64,000 nt of DNA from an uncultured Thermoplasmata archaeon (GTDB lineage: Archaea > Thermoplasmatota > Thermoplasmata > Lutacidiplasmatales > UBA184): contig CAVSTD010000011.1 in NCBI GenBank assembly GCA_963730815.1, positions 41,168-105,167 of the forward strand, in the 5' to 3' direction. Positions 47,338 to 57,745 of this stretch are shown here, piece after piece. Position numbers and translations under genes: made by a program. The stretch's first letter is position 1. Every line of letters starts with the position of its first letter. The notes below the pieces were generated by a model, which had not been told where the DNA came from, made no database searches, and saw only the letters and a list, made by a program, of their open reading frames with translations.

Positions 47338-48287
47338 GGTTCGGCGTTCGCCGCCCGGACCGCTCCCAGCGCGGCCCGCACCGCCAGGTCCCCCGCGAGG
47401 GCTCCCAGTCGGTCGGCCGTGGCTCCTGGACGATCCTCGCGAGGGGCCGCTCCCGCCGACCCGGTCGAGGCGCCGAAGAGGACGTCCCCGTCCGTCGCGC
47501 TGTGAAAGGGGGTGATCGCGGAAGCGAGTCCGACGTGAGCCATCGCGACGACCCGAGCAAGCGTGGGTCGGTCGACGTCGAGGTCGGTGGCGACCAAACC
47601 GAGCGTGGTGCCCGTGGTGGAGGCCGGAGAAGTGTTGGGCCGAGGGGGCGCGACCCGGCCACGCGTATCGCGAGCGCCGGCGACCCAGCGTCCGGTGCTC
47701 GGGTCACGGATCGCCCCGACGGCATTGACCGCGAGCAGAACTCCGAGGGTGCCGCGCGGCCCAACCCGAACGGCCGCCGCCCCGATGCCGCCGTGCATCG
47801 CGCGGTCCCGCCCCAGGTACTTTCCCACGGTGGCTCCTGCCCCCGCCCCAACGCGCCCCACGGGCACTTCGTCCCGAGTGGCACGTGCAGCCGCCTCGTA
47901 TCCGAGCGGAAGATAATCCGGGATCGGGCCGGCCTCCCTCGGCAGGTCGAACAGGGCGGCCCCCGAGACGGGGGCGACCAGGTTGGGGTTACGGAAGGCA
48001 CGGTGGCCCCCGCCTCGTTCGAGGACTCGGAGCCGCACTCCCCGAGCGGCGTCCAGTCCGAAGAGGCTGCCGCCGGCGAAAAAGAGTGCCCAGCGCCGCC
48101 CAAAGGTGGCATCGAGCGAAAGCGAGGCCGTATCGTAGGTGGCCGAGGCTCCGCCACGGACTTCGACGACGGTCGGGGCGGCCGCCTCGAAAAGTACCGC
48201 CGTGACGCCGCTCGCCGCGTCGGAAGTTTCGGCGTGGCCGACCGCGAGTCCCTTCACCCGGCTGAAGTCGATCGTGGATTCCCCCAC
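47334..48287 (-). CDS. Peptidase family P1/S58 (DmpA-like)
   Basis: GLAVGH, VRGGA, GGSLFGL, GRVGAGAGA, VNAVG, G/TTLGLVATD, DGDVLF. Confidence 0.85.
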   Translation of the reverse strand: MGESTIDFSRVKGLAVGHAETSDAASGVTAVLFEAAAPTVVEVRGGASATYDTASLSLDATFGRRWALFFAGGSLFGLDAARGVRLRVLERGGGHRAFRNPNLVAPVSGAALFDLPREAGPIPDYLPLGYEAAARATRDEVPVGRVGAGAGATVGKYLGRDRAMHGGIGAAAVRVGPRGTLGVLLAVNAVGAIRDPSTGRWVAGARDTRGRVAPPRPNTSPASTTGTTLGLVATDLDVDRPTLARVVAMAHVGLASAITPFHSATDGDVLFGASTGSAGAAPREDRPGATADRLGALAGDLAVRAALGAVRAANAEP

Positions 48288-48359
48288 GAGACCGCGAGGT
48301 ATCCCGAAGGAAAAGCCATTCCGCCATTGCTGCGCGATGGATTCTTGTAGCGAGCGAGG

Positions 48360-48956
48360 GTGCCCCCGGACGTCATGGCCTCGTCCCGTCGAAAGTCGCG
48401 CAGTGAAACGCTACCCCCCAAGGGTTTCCGGATCTCCCGGGACCTACCGGCCGGTCGCCATCCCCTGCTCGCTGCCTTTCCCGGATTGGAGCAGCTTCCG
48501 GCAGCGCTTCGACTACAACCCGACGCGGTCGCCCGGGCAAAGTTGTTCGATGAAACCTGCGTTCAGGTGGTCGACCAGGACCTCTGGATGTACGTGGCTC
48601 CGTGGGACATGCCTCCGGGCGCTCGGCGGGAATGGCGTCCGGTGCTCTCGCCCGGCTCCGATTGCATCGTGGTCGGCAGGGCGCACCTCGCGGAGAGCCC
48701 GCCCATCGTGCTGTACATGGACATCTTCCACGAGCTCTGCCACGTCATCCAGCGTCACGGCGGAGCGAACCTCTGGGCTCCCGGGGTGAGCTACGTGAAG
48801 CGGTGGACGGAGGTCGAGGCGTACCGCTTCGTCGTCGAAGAAGGTCGTATGCTCGGCGTCTCCGACGAGTTCCTCCGAGATTACTTGCGCGTCGAGTGGA
48901 TTTCCGAGGACGAGCACCGGGAACTGCTCGAGCGCCTCGAAGTCCCGCCGGTATAG
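48360..48956 (+). CDS. Hypothetical protein with an HExxH motif
   Basis: IFHELCHVIQ followed by EVEAY. Confidence 0.65.
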   Translation: MPPDVMASSRRKSRSETLPPKGFRISRDLPAGRHPLLAAFPGLEQLPAALRLQPDAVARAKLFDETCVQVVDQDLWMYVAPWDMPPGARREWRPVLSPGSDCIVVGRAHLAESPPIVLYMDIFHELCHVIQRHGGANLWAPGVSYVKRWTEVEAYRFVVEEGRMLGVSDEFLRDYLRVEWISEDEHRELLERLEVPPV

Positions 48957-49081
48957 CTTCCGCAGGACCTCGGCCGTTCGCCGGAGTCGCGGATTCCGCC
49001 CGCGTCGATGCGTGACGAACCGATTCTTTATCCCCCCAAACCCCGAATCGAACTGCTTACCGGGGGGCACGCCGCACGTCG

Positions 49082-50473
49082 ATGGACATCAAGGCCCGCC
49101 CCATCCTCCGCCCGTCCACGAGTGACCTTTGGTTCCTTTCCTACCTTCCGCTCGCGGTGTCGGACGGGATCGCGACGCCGCTCATCCCGCTCCTGGCTCT
49201 GCAACACTTCGGCGCGAGCGCGTTCGTCGTCACGATCATCATCGCCGCGAGCGCGATGAGCCAGGTCCCGTTCACGATCCTCTGGGGTAACCTCTCGGAC
49301 CGGGTCGCGCACCGGAAGTACTTCCTGGTCGGGTCGTTCCTCGCGACCGGTATCAGCATCATCTTCATCGCGCTCGCGAGCAACCTGCTCACTTTCTTTT
49401 GGCTCAACGTCGTCGAAGGGCTGGCCTCGGCCGCGAGCGCCCCGATCGGCACCATGCTTCTGCTCGAGACCCGCCACAAGCGTTGGTGGCCGACCGACAT
49501 CGGGTTGTTCGGACTCATCTCGGGCATCGGCACCACCGCGGGGCTCGCGCTCGGTTTCGTCTGGCTGTTCGTAATCGGCTATTCGCAACCCGCAATCTCG
49601 GTGATGACGGCCCTTCTCCTGGTGTCGGGGGCCCTCGCGCTCGTATCCGCGGTCATCGCGTTCGCGTGGATCGAAGAGCCGACGACCCGCGTCGAACGAA
49701 AATCGGTCGCGACGCTCATCAACCTCAACCGCGGAGTCGTCGAACGGATTCGTCGAGTGCGGGCCCGGGTCGTCGGCCTCGTGGACCTCACTCGTTCCAA
49801 GCCCGAGCGCCTTCCGGGGCGGGAACTGCTTTTCCTCGCCGCCCTCGGGGTGATGAGCGTGGGTTTCGACATCTTCTACGGACCGTTCCCGGTCTTCCTC
49901 TGGCAGAACGCCCAGCTGAACGACGCCGGCGTCTTCATCGTCTACCTCGGAGCGTCCGCGGCGTCCACCGCCCTGTTCTTCCACTCGGGGAAAGCGGTCG
50001 AATCCCATTCTCCGAAGACGGTCTTCCTCCAGTCCCTCGGCGGCCGGGTTCTCCTGATGCTCCTGTTCCTGTGGGGCCCGATCTACATTCTCTTCGGCCT
50101 CGGCTCGCCGGCGCTGTTGGCCTGGCTCACACTCCTCAACGCCCTCCTCGGCGTCACGTGGGCGTTCGTGAGCACGGCGAGCACCCTCTTCCTCGTCCGG
50201 TTGGTCGGCCGGTCGGCCCGCGGTCGGGCGCTCGGGCTCTACAATGCGATCGCCGGAGCGGGAGGGCTCATCGGGACCCTGCTCGGAGGCTGGCTCTACG
50301 CCTCCTACGGGGTGCACTTCGCCTACTCGATCGCCGCGGTGACGGTGGCCGCGGGCGGCGTCCTGCTGCTTCCGATCCCGTACCACATGTTCCAGCTCCC
50401 ACATTCGGCGGCCGCCCATCACCGTCATCTCGTGAGCAGCGCCCGGGCGGTGACCCGCCCTCCCCGACGTTAG
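49082..50473 (+). CDS. MFS transporter
   Basis: WGNLSDRVAHRK motif A, about 12 TM segments, RGRALGLYN; TTTTAT box at ~49026. Confidence 0.88.
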   Translation: MDIKARPILRPSTSDLWFLSYLPLAVSDGIATPLIPLLALQHFGASAFVVTIIIAASAMSQVPFTILWGNLSDRVAHRKYFLVGSFLATGISIIFIALASNLLTFFWLNVVEGLASAASAPIGTMLLLETRHKRWWPTDIGLFGLISGIGTTAGLALGFVWLFVIGYSQPAISVMTALLLVSGALALVSAVIAFAWIEEPTTRVERKSVATLINLNRGVVERIRRVRARVVGLVDLTRSKPERLPGRELLFLAALGVMSVGFDIFYGPFPVFLWQNAQLNDAGVFIVYLGASAASTALFFHSGKAVESHSPKTVFLQSLGGRVLLMLLFLWGPIYILFGLGSPALLAWLTLLNALLGVTWAFVSTASTLFLVRLVGRSARGRALGLYNAIAGAGGLIGTLLGGWLYASYGVHFAYSIAAVTVAAGGVLLLPIPYHMFQLPHSAAAHHRHLVSSARAVTRPPRR

Positions 50474-50495
50474 AGCGCGGCCCGTCGAGGATTTG

Positions 50496-50972
50496 CTACC
50501 CGAACATTTCCCAGGTCAGGGTCCGTACAACGTACCCCAGGGCCAGATGGGCCAGGAACACCTCGAGCGCCGGAGGGTATTCGTCGATCACGCAGGACCG
50601 GAATCCCAACCGTCCGACCCCGACGTGCTCGGTGCCCCGGAGGACGGCAAAGCGTCCCGTGAGACGTTCGTTGATCGTGTACTCTACGCCGCCGTAGAGG
50701 ACCGTCAATGGCCCGAACACCGTCGAACGCGTCTTCCAGAGGTCCTCTCCGACCTGGATCCGGATCTCGTCCGCCTTCGCGCGGTACGTGACGAGCGACT
50801 TCCCGTCGGTGTGCGGCCCGGGCCGCTCGAGGAAGTACTCTGTCGAGAAGAGTGCGGCGATTTTCTGGCCGAGCCCGGGGTTACCGGATTCGACCGGCCG
50901 ACCCGTCCAGACCTCGGGGCCGACCTCGACCTCGATGATGTTCTTCAGCACACGAGCCGTCGCTCGAATCAT
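50496..50972 (-). CDS. Hypothetical protein
   Basis: Protein-like composition; fills the gap between the MFS gene and truD. Confidence 0.65.
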   Translation of the reverse strand: MIRATARVLKNIIEVEVGPEVWTGRPVESGNPGLGQKIAALFSTEYFLERPGPHTDGKSLVTYRAKADEIRIQVGEDLWKTRSTVFGPLTVLYGGVEYTINERLTGRFAVLRGTEHVGVGRLGFRSCVIDEYPPALEVFLAHLALGYVVRTLTWEMFG

Positions 50973-51031
50973 CGACCGCTTCCCGCAGTATCCGGCCGTG
51001 ACGTAATAATGGCGGCGTCGGTCGGTGCACG

Positions 51032-52333
51032 GTGGTGGAGCTCGTTCCCCGACCCCCGTTGCAGGACCGGTCCTTCGGGATGGAGTTCTATGCGACCGGC
51101 ACCCGGGGCGTCGGCGGGCGCACGAAGGTGTCGCCGGACGACTTCCGGGTGAACGAGATCTCGAACTACCCCGTCCCGGACCCCGCAGGGACGTTCGCCA
51201 TACTCCGTGTTCGTAGCCGCGACTGGGAGCAGCACGAGTTGGGACAAGCGATCGCGCGCCGCTTGGGACTTCCGTCCGCCTCCGTTCGTTGGGCCGGAAC
51301 GAAGGACCGGCGAGCGGTGGCGGAACGCCTGCTCTCCTACCGCGGTCCGCTCCCCTCGGGGGACCTTGGGTTACCTCGAGTCGAGGTGCTCGAAGCCTAC
51401 CGAGCCCGGGACGGTCTCATGCTCGGGCACCATTTCGGCAACGCCTTCGAGATTCGGCTGAACGAGCTGACCCTTCCGCTGCCGGAAGCCCTGGAGGCGT
51501 TCCGGACGACCGAGCGCGAGTTGCGGGCGGCCGGGCTCTGGCCGAATTTCTTCGGACCCCAACGTTTCGGAGAAGTGAGACCCGTTACCCACGAAGTCGG
51601 TCGCCAGGTGGTGCGGGGGGACTTGGCCTCCGCGATAGAGACCTATCTCACGGCTCGTCCCGTCGGTGTCCCCGACGGGGTCGGAGACTCCGCTCGCAGG
51701 ACGTACGCCGAGACCCACGATGCCGTGCGGGCCCTTCGCGAATTCCCGAACGAGTACCGATTCGAGCGCTCCCTGCTGGATCGCCTCGCGCACGGGGATC
51801 CGGACGACCGGGTGTTCCGCGCCCTGGCCCGGGAACTTCGCCTCCTCTTCGTCCATGCGTTCCAAGCCCTCCTCTTCAACCGTTGGCTGAGCCGCCGACA
51901 CGCCGCGAACCTTCCCCTCGACCGGCCGATTCCGGGGGACCGCCTCCTCCGACTGGGCCGCGACGGGACGGTTCGAAGCCAGGAGGGAATCCCCGTCGCC
52001 GAGGACAACCTCTCCGAATGCGCGGAACTCGTTCATCGAGGGGGAGCGTTGCTCGCGGGACCTCTGGTCGGGTACGAGACCCCGACGATCGAAGGTCCGC
52101 TCGGAGAGATCCTCGAAGACCTACTTCGCGAAGAACGCATCGACCGGACGATGTTCCGTCTCCCCCGGACACCGGAAATCGCGAGTCGGGGTGCGTGGCG
52201 GCCGGCGATGCTCCCGGTGCCTCCGCTGGGCCTGGCCCTGGAGGGAACGGGAATCCGATTCCGCTTCGCGCTCCCGAAGGGGGCGTACGCGACCGTACTG
52301 CTGAGAGAGTTCCTCAAGACCGGCGCCGAATAG
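51032..52333 (+). CDS. truD: tRNA pseudouridine(13) synthase
   Basis: PDDFRVNE, AGTKDRRAV, GNAFEI, PNFFGPQRFG, HAFQ, LPKGAYATVLLRE. Confidence 0.93.
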   Translation: MVELVPRPPLQDRSFGMEFYATGTRGVGGRTKVSPDDFRVNEISNYPVPDPAGTFAILRVRSRDWEQHELGQAIARRLGLPSASVRWAGTKDRRAVAERLLSYRGPLPSGDLGLPRVEVLEAYRARDGLMLGHHFGNAFEIRLNELTLPLPEALEAFRTTERELRAAGLWPNFFGPQRFGEVRPVTHEVGRQVVRGDLASAIETYLTARPVGVPDGVGDSARRTYAETHDAVRALREFPNEYRFERSLLDRLAHGDPDDRVFRALARELRLLFVHAFQALLFNRWLSRRHAANLPLDRPIPGDRLLRLGRDGTVRSQEGIPVAEDNLSECAELVHRGGALLAGPLVGYETPTIEGPLGEILEDLLREERIDRTMFRLPRTPEIASRGAWRPAMLPVPPLGLALEGTGIRFRFALPKGAYATVLLREFLKTGAE

Positions 52334-52405
52334 CCGTCGGCCGAGCGGGTCCACGCGAGGCTACTAATACTCGGCCCTCGGCTTCGAGCGCCGACACCGT
52401 TTTCC

Positions 52406-53326
52406 ATGCCTACCGAGACTCCTCGCCCGTTCCTCGTCCCGCTGCGCACTCCCGGGCCCACCGCCGTCGCCGAGTTCCCGGAGGGCATGAGCCGCGTTCC
52501 CACCGGAGTGCCGGACTTCGATTACCTTACGGGCGGGCTACCAGCGGGATCGGTCGTGTTGCTGTTCGGCGAGGCCGGGGCGGGTCACCAGGAGTTCGCC
52601 CTGACCTCCGCCGTGCATCTGATGTTGCATTACGACGACCCTCGCCTGCACCGTTTCTATCTCGGGAACGCGAAGGGACCGTTCGTCTATCCCCAAGGAA
52701 TCGTCTACGTCAGCACGAGCCGCTCGCGCGACCAAGTGCTCGCCGAGCTACATGCGTCCTTCGAGGAGACGTACTCCGAAGTGCTCGCACGCCACCTCAA
52801 TTTCCACGACCTCTCCCCCTCGTACTTCCAGGACACGGTGGTGCCGTCGTCGTGGGCCTCTCTTTCGAGCCCGCTCCTTTCGGGAGCTCCGGTGAGCGCC
52901 GCCCCGGACGACGGGGGTCCCCTGCGCGCCCTTGCGGATGCGGTCGACCAGGACGGACGCAAGAATCTCGTCATCGTGGACTCGCTCACCGACCTGCTCG
53001 TCCGTCGCGGCATCGAGCCGGCGGACATCGTGACCCTCTTGAAAGGCCTGCGACGGCGGGCGAAGGAATGGGACGGTGTCGTGTACCTCCTCCTCTCGAA
53101 GGGAGTCGCCCCGGCGGCCGTCGAACAGGCCGTGATCGACTCGGTGGACGGGGTCCTCCACTTCAGCTGGGTGTCGAGCCCGAATCAGGCGCACCGTCAG
53201 CGGGCGATGTTGATCGACAAGTTCATGCCGATCCTGTCCCGCCTTCCCGTGGAATACCACGGTCGGTTCATGATCCGGGTGAACGCGGCGAGCGGATTGG
53301 TGACGACGCAATATGAGCGCGTCTGA
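52406..53326 (+). CDS. RAD55/KaiC-like ATPase-fold protein with a degenerate Walker A
   Basis: VPTGVPDFD...GGLPAGS, GEAGAGHQEF (no Lys), VIVDSL, DGVLHF. Confidence 0.85.
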   Translation: MPTETPRPFLVPLRTPGPTAVAEFPEGMSRVPTGVPDFDYLTGGLPAGSVVLLFGEAGAGHQEFALTSAVHLMLHYDDPRLHRFYLGNAKGPFVYPQGIVYVSTSRSRDQVLAELHASFEETYSEVLARHLNFHDLSPSYFQDTVVPSSWASLSSPLLSGAPVSAAPDDGGPLRALADAVDQDGRKNLVIVDSLTDLLVRRGIEPADIVTLLKGLRRRAKEWDGVVYLLLSKGVAPAAVEQAVIDSVDGVLHFSWVSSPNQAHRQRAMLIDKFMPILSRLPVEYHGRFMIRVNAASGLVTTQYERV

Positions 53327-54037
53327 GAAGAATCGGCCCCGGGTCCCCACAGGGATCACGGGGCTCGACGACATGCTGGGAGGAGGTTTCCCGGCGGACA
53401 CGTCGTCCTGGTCACCGGACTCCCGGGGACCGGGAAGACGTGCTTCGGTCTCCAGTTCCTGCTCGCCGGATCGGCCGCGGGCGAGAAGGGCGTCTTCCTC
53501 TCGCTCGAGGAGGACGTACCCCCGCTCCTCGAGAGCGCCCGACAGTTCCATTGGCCGGTCGATGCGGCGGTGAGCGCGGGAACGCTGAAGATCCTGAGGA
53601 TCGACCCGAAGGAGACGCGGCAGAGCCTGCATCGCATCCAGGGCGAGCTCGGGAAGGAGCTCACAACCCTCGGGGCACGACGCATCGTGGTCGATTCCGT
53701 TTCGCTCCTCAACATGTTGAGCGATGACGAATCCGGACGGCGCGCCACGCTCTTTGCGCTCGCGGCGGCCTGCCGGGAATCGGGAGCCACGACGGTCCTC
53801 ACGGCCGAAGCGGACCCGCTCCACCCCGAAGTGAGCCGGGACGGGCTCAGCGAGTACGTCGCGGACGGCGTCCTCCTGTTGGGATACCGCACAGGTCCGG
53901 ACGGGCACCGGGTGGGGCTGTCGCTGCGCGTGTTGAAGATGCGAAGGACCGCCCACGTCCGGACGGTGCAACCCTACGCGATCGGCCCGAACGGTCTCAC
54001 GGTCGACGCCAAAGCGGTCGACTTCGGTGGTCCGTAG
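53313..54037 (+). CDS. RAD55/KaiC-like ATPase, with one apparent frameshift (~53397)
   Basis: TGITGLDDMLGGGFP / HVVLVTGLPGTGKT, SLEE, IVVDSVS, YVADGVLLL, VLKMRRTAH. Confidence 0.85.
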
Positions 54038-54112
54038 ACCTCCTCCGGCGGGAGTGCGGGCTCGGCGTGCCTCTTAGTAGGACCGGGCCTTCGTAGCCCC
54101 GGAAATCTCTCC

Positions 54113-55273
54113 ATGGCTCCGGCGGACCCTCCCTCGACGCCCTCGGACCTCGCGACGCTGCCCGGCGTTTCTCCCCACTCCCTCCCCTCACCCCGGTGGG
54201 TGTTGTACGTCGACCTGGATGCCTACTACGTCTCGTGCGAGCTGCGAGACCGTCCCGAACTGCGGGGGCGTCCGGTCATCGTCGGGCCTCCTCCGGCCGA
54301 CGGACCGACCCGTGGGGTCGTTCTCTCGGCGAGCTACGAAGCGAGGCCCTCGGGCGTTCGAAGCGCCATCCCGGCCGGCGTGGCCGCGCGCCTCTGTCCG
54401 GAAGCGGTCTGGATCCCCCCCGACTTCGCGAAGTACGAGCGGGTCGCCCGGGAAGTGCGGGCCGTCCTGCGTCGTCATTCGGACCGGGTGATCCCGTACA
54501 GCATCGACGAGGCGGCGGTGATGGTGGAAGGGACCGACGCCGAACAGGCCCGGAACACGGCGCGGAGGATCCAGCAGGAGCTCCTCAAGGAGCTGGGCCT
54601 CCCCGCTTCGATCGGCATCGGCTCCTCTCGAACGGTAGCGAAAATCGCCACGGACCGAGCGAAGCCCGCGGGAATCCTCCTCGTGCCGCCCGAGGAAACG
54701 GCGGCGTTCCTGGCCCCGCTCCCGGTGCGCGCCATCCCCGGCGTCGGTCCCAAGACCGAAGAGATCCTCCGGGGCCGAGGTATCGCCACGATCGGAGACC
54801 TGGCGGCGCACAAGCCCTCGGACCTCGCCCGTTCTCTCGGCTCGTTCGGCGGGGACCTCATCGCGCTCGCTCGCGGGACGCCGCGCGAGGAACCGGAGGG
54901 CTCGGACGAGCCCCGGTCCCGGTCGACGGACCACACCTTCGCTCGGGACGTCGACCGCTGGGAGGAGATCGAGGAAACGGTCCGCACCCTCGCCGCCGAA
55001 CTCGCCGCGGCCCTCGATACCGAGAACCTCCGTTACGGTACGGTCGGGATCGCGTTTCGGTGGGCCGATTTCTCTCGTTCGCAACGCAGTCGCTCCCTCG
55101 GAGCGGCGCGCGAAGGAGCCCAGCCGCTCTCGGAGACCGCGGTCCGGCTCGCGCGCGAACTTTGGGAGACCGAACGGTCCTCGCGGCATCGACCCGTTCG
55201 CACGGTCTCGGTGCGCACGGAGCGGTTCGTCCCGCGCACGCAGCGCCAGATCGTGCTCGACGAGTTCCGATGA
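54113..55273 (+). CDS. dinB: DNA polymerase IV (Y family)
   Basis: YVDLDAYY, SASYEAR, SIDEA, AKIA, IPGVGPKT. Confidence 0.93.
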   Translation: MAPADPPSTPSDLATLPGVSPHSLPSPRWVLYVDLDAYYVSCELRDRPELRGRPVIVGPPPADGPTRGVVLSASYEARPSGVRSAIPAGVAARLCPEAVWIPPDFAKYERVAREVRAVLRRHSDRVIPYSIDEAAVMVEGTDAEQARNTARRIQQELLKELGLPASIGIGSSRTVAKIATDRAKPAGILLVPPEETAAFLAPLPVRAIPGVGPKTEEILRGRGIATIGDLAAHKPSDLARSLGSFGGDLIALARGTPREEPEGSDEPRSRSTDHTFARDVDRWEEIEETVRTLAAELAAALDTENLRYGTVGIAFRWADFSRSQRSRSLGAAREGAQPLSETAVRLARELWETERSSRHRPVRTVSVRTERFVPRTQRQIVLDEFR

Positions 55274-55340
55274 CGTCCGCCCGTTTCGGGCGAGGGTTAA
55301 GTACGGTCGCCCGACTTCGCGCCCCGGCGAGAGGCCGGTC

Positions 55341-56704
55341 GTGACGGGTCCATCCAGCGCTGCACCAATCGCACCCCCTCATTACGAGGGAGAGGAACTG
55401 ATGATCCCCGACCCGCGAATTGGGGTGCCGATCCCGGCCTATCTTGGTCGTTCGCTCGGCAACCTGACCTCTTCCGTGTGGGCGGCCCTTTCTTCGGGTC
55501 GGGAAGGCGACGCTCCGCCTCTCCGGCCTCTCGACCGCGACCTCGACCCGTTCCGGGGAGGACGCCCGAAAGGACCGGTGGTGGTCCTTTTGCTCGATGG
55601 CCTGGGTTGGACAGCGTTCCTGGAATCCGCGGAGCGCACCCCCGGGGGGCGGCTTCGCGTTGGTCGCGGCACGCCCGGCCGATCACGTCGGTGTTCCCGA
55701 CCACGACCACCGTGGCTCTGACGAGTCTTTCGACCGGCGCATCTCCGGGACAGCACGGAGTACTCGGCCACCGACTCTACTTGCCGCAATTTGGCACCGT
55801 GGTCGAGATTCTTCGGATGTCGCCGGTCGGGGTGGCCGCGCCAGAAACACTGGTCGGCCCCCATTGGACCCCTTCGGCCGTCTCCGGGGTCCCGAGCATC
55901 TTTCGGCGGGGAGTGCCGGGGGTCGCGCTCTCGAGAGAAAGATTCGAAGGGACCGGGTTCACCCGCCTCATCTACGATGGCGCCCAGTTCGTGCCCTACT
56001 CCACGGGTAGCGACCTCGCGCTCTCCCTCGTGGAGATGCTCTCTCGCGACGACCCCCCTTCCCTCGTTTTTGCCTACCGGGATGACCTCGACGTGGTCCA
56101 ACACCTCCGGGGTACCCGTCCCGAGCTCGTCGACCTCGAGCTCGAACGAGCGGACTCGATCCTTTCGTTCGTCGGGCGGCATCTGAGACCCGAAGTTGCC
56201 CGGCGCACGCAGGTAATCGTCACCGGCGACCACGGCCAAGTGCCCTTGGCGGCGGACCAGCAACTCGCCGTCGACCGAGAGCCGACGCTACTGTCCCTTT
56301 TGTCTCGGCCCCCGTCGGGGGATTGTCGTGCGACGTATTTCTCCGCCCGCCCCGGAAAACTGGTCGCGCTCCGCGAGAAGCTCAGAGCTCAGCTCCCCCC
56401 GGGGGCCCACCTCCTCGACATCCCGGCGGCGGTCGAGGCGGGGCTCTTCGGACCCCCGCCGTTTCACCCCGAGCTCGCGGACCGTATCGGAGACCTCCTC
56501 CTTCTCCTGCCGAGTCCGGGAGGCGTGAGTTATTCCGTTCCCGGCGCTCGCTCCCGGCCGCATCGGATGATCGCGACCCACGGGGGTCTCGAACCCGCGG
56601 AGCTGCTCGTACCGCTGATCGCCGGGACCCTCTCGGACATCGCTGCTTCCGACTCCCCTCGGATCCATCGTCGGCCCGCGCGTCGAACCGGAAGGAACCA
56701 ATGA
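55341..56704 (+). CDS. Alkaline phosphatase / nucleotide pyrophosphatase family protein, frameshifted in a G run (~55647)
   Basis: LLLDGLG / SVFPTTT, D...H, TGDHG, THGG. Confidence 0.82.
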
Positions 56705-57720
56705 CCGAGTTCCGCACCGACCCCATCACCGGGCGAAGCGTGATCGTCGTCCCGAGCCGGGCGGCCCGGCCCAACGAACATGCCGGAACGGCTCCCCCCG
56801 CTCCCGCGGTCGCGGATTGCCCCTTTTGCGAGGGCAACGAGTCGTGGACACCGGCCGAGCTGGCCGCCGTCGGACCGCCCGGCCGTCGCCCGAACGAGCG
56901 GGGCTGGTACGTACGCACCATTCCGAACAAGTTCCCCACCGTCGTGGCCACGGCACCTCCGACGGGTCCCCCGAATCCCGGAGTTGTTTTCGATGGACGT
57001 CCCGGATTCGGTTATCATGAGGTCGTGATCGAAAGCCCGACCCACACTCCGCTCTTGCCCTTCCTTCCGTCCGAGCAGATCCTCCGGGTCATTCGGATGT
57101 GCCGGGACCGTGTCCGTGACCTTTCTCAGCGTCCCCAAGTAGGCTCGGTCCATCTGTTCGAGAACGCCGGTCCAGATTCCGGAGGTTCGCTCTGGCACCC
57201 TCACTCCCAGCTGGTCGCGACCCCGGGTCTCTCTCCCTCCCTTCGGGAGGAATTGGAAGGAGCGGAGCGATACCGACAACGAACGGGCGGCGAATGCGCG
57301 TTCGAGGAGGTTTGCCGAGCGGAGGCGCGGGACGGCACCCGACTTCTGTTTGATTCGGGAGAGTTCGTCGCGTTCGCCCCGTTCGCCTCGGCGTACCCGT
57401 ACGAGGTCCGCCTCCTGCCGGCACATCACGCCCCCTCGTTCGCCGACGCCACCGACCGCGACCTCGAGGCTGTCTGCGAAGCTCTCCCCAACCTGCTCCA
57501 GGCCCTCCTCATGGTCGTCCCGGGAGCGTCGTACAATTTCGTGGTGCGCTCGCCCGTGGCGTCCGCCAAGACCTACGAACGGTACCACTGGCATCTCGAC
57601 CTGTATCCCCGCCTCGTTCGGCCGGACGGATTCGACCTCGGGTCCGGTTACCATGTGAACTCCGTGACCCCCGAGGACGCCGCGACCGCGCTTCGGGCTG
57701 CGCTGGGCGCGAAACGCTAA
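56701..57720 (+). CDS. galT: Galactose-1-phosphate uridylyltransferase family protein
   Basis: FRTDPITG, RAARP, CPFC.GNE, NKFP, HEVVIE, HPHSQ, HWHLD. Confidence 0.9.
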   Translation: MTEFRTDPITGRSVIVVPSRAARPNEHAGTAPPAPAVADCPFCEGNESWTPAELAAVGPPGRRPNERGWYVRTIPNKFPTVVATAPPTGPPNPGVVFDGRPGFGYHEVVIESPTHTPLLPFLPSEQILRVIRMCRDRVRDLSQRPQVGSVHLFENAGPDSGGSLWHPHSQLVATPGLSPSLREELEGAERYRQRTGGECAFEEVCRAEARDGTRLLFDSGEFVAFAPFASAYPYEVRLLPAHHAPSFADATDRDLEAVCEALPNLLQALLMVVPGASYNFVVRSPVASAKTYERYHWHLDLYPRLVRPDGFDLGSGYHVNSVTPEDAATALRAALGAKR

Positions 57721-57745
57721 GGACCCAAGGGCGGTCCGCGCCCTC

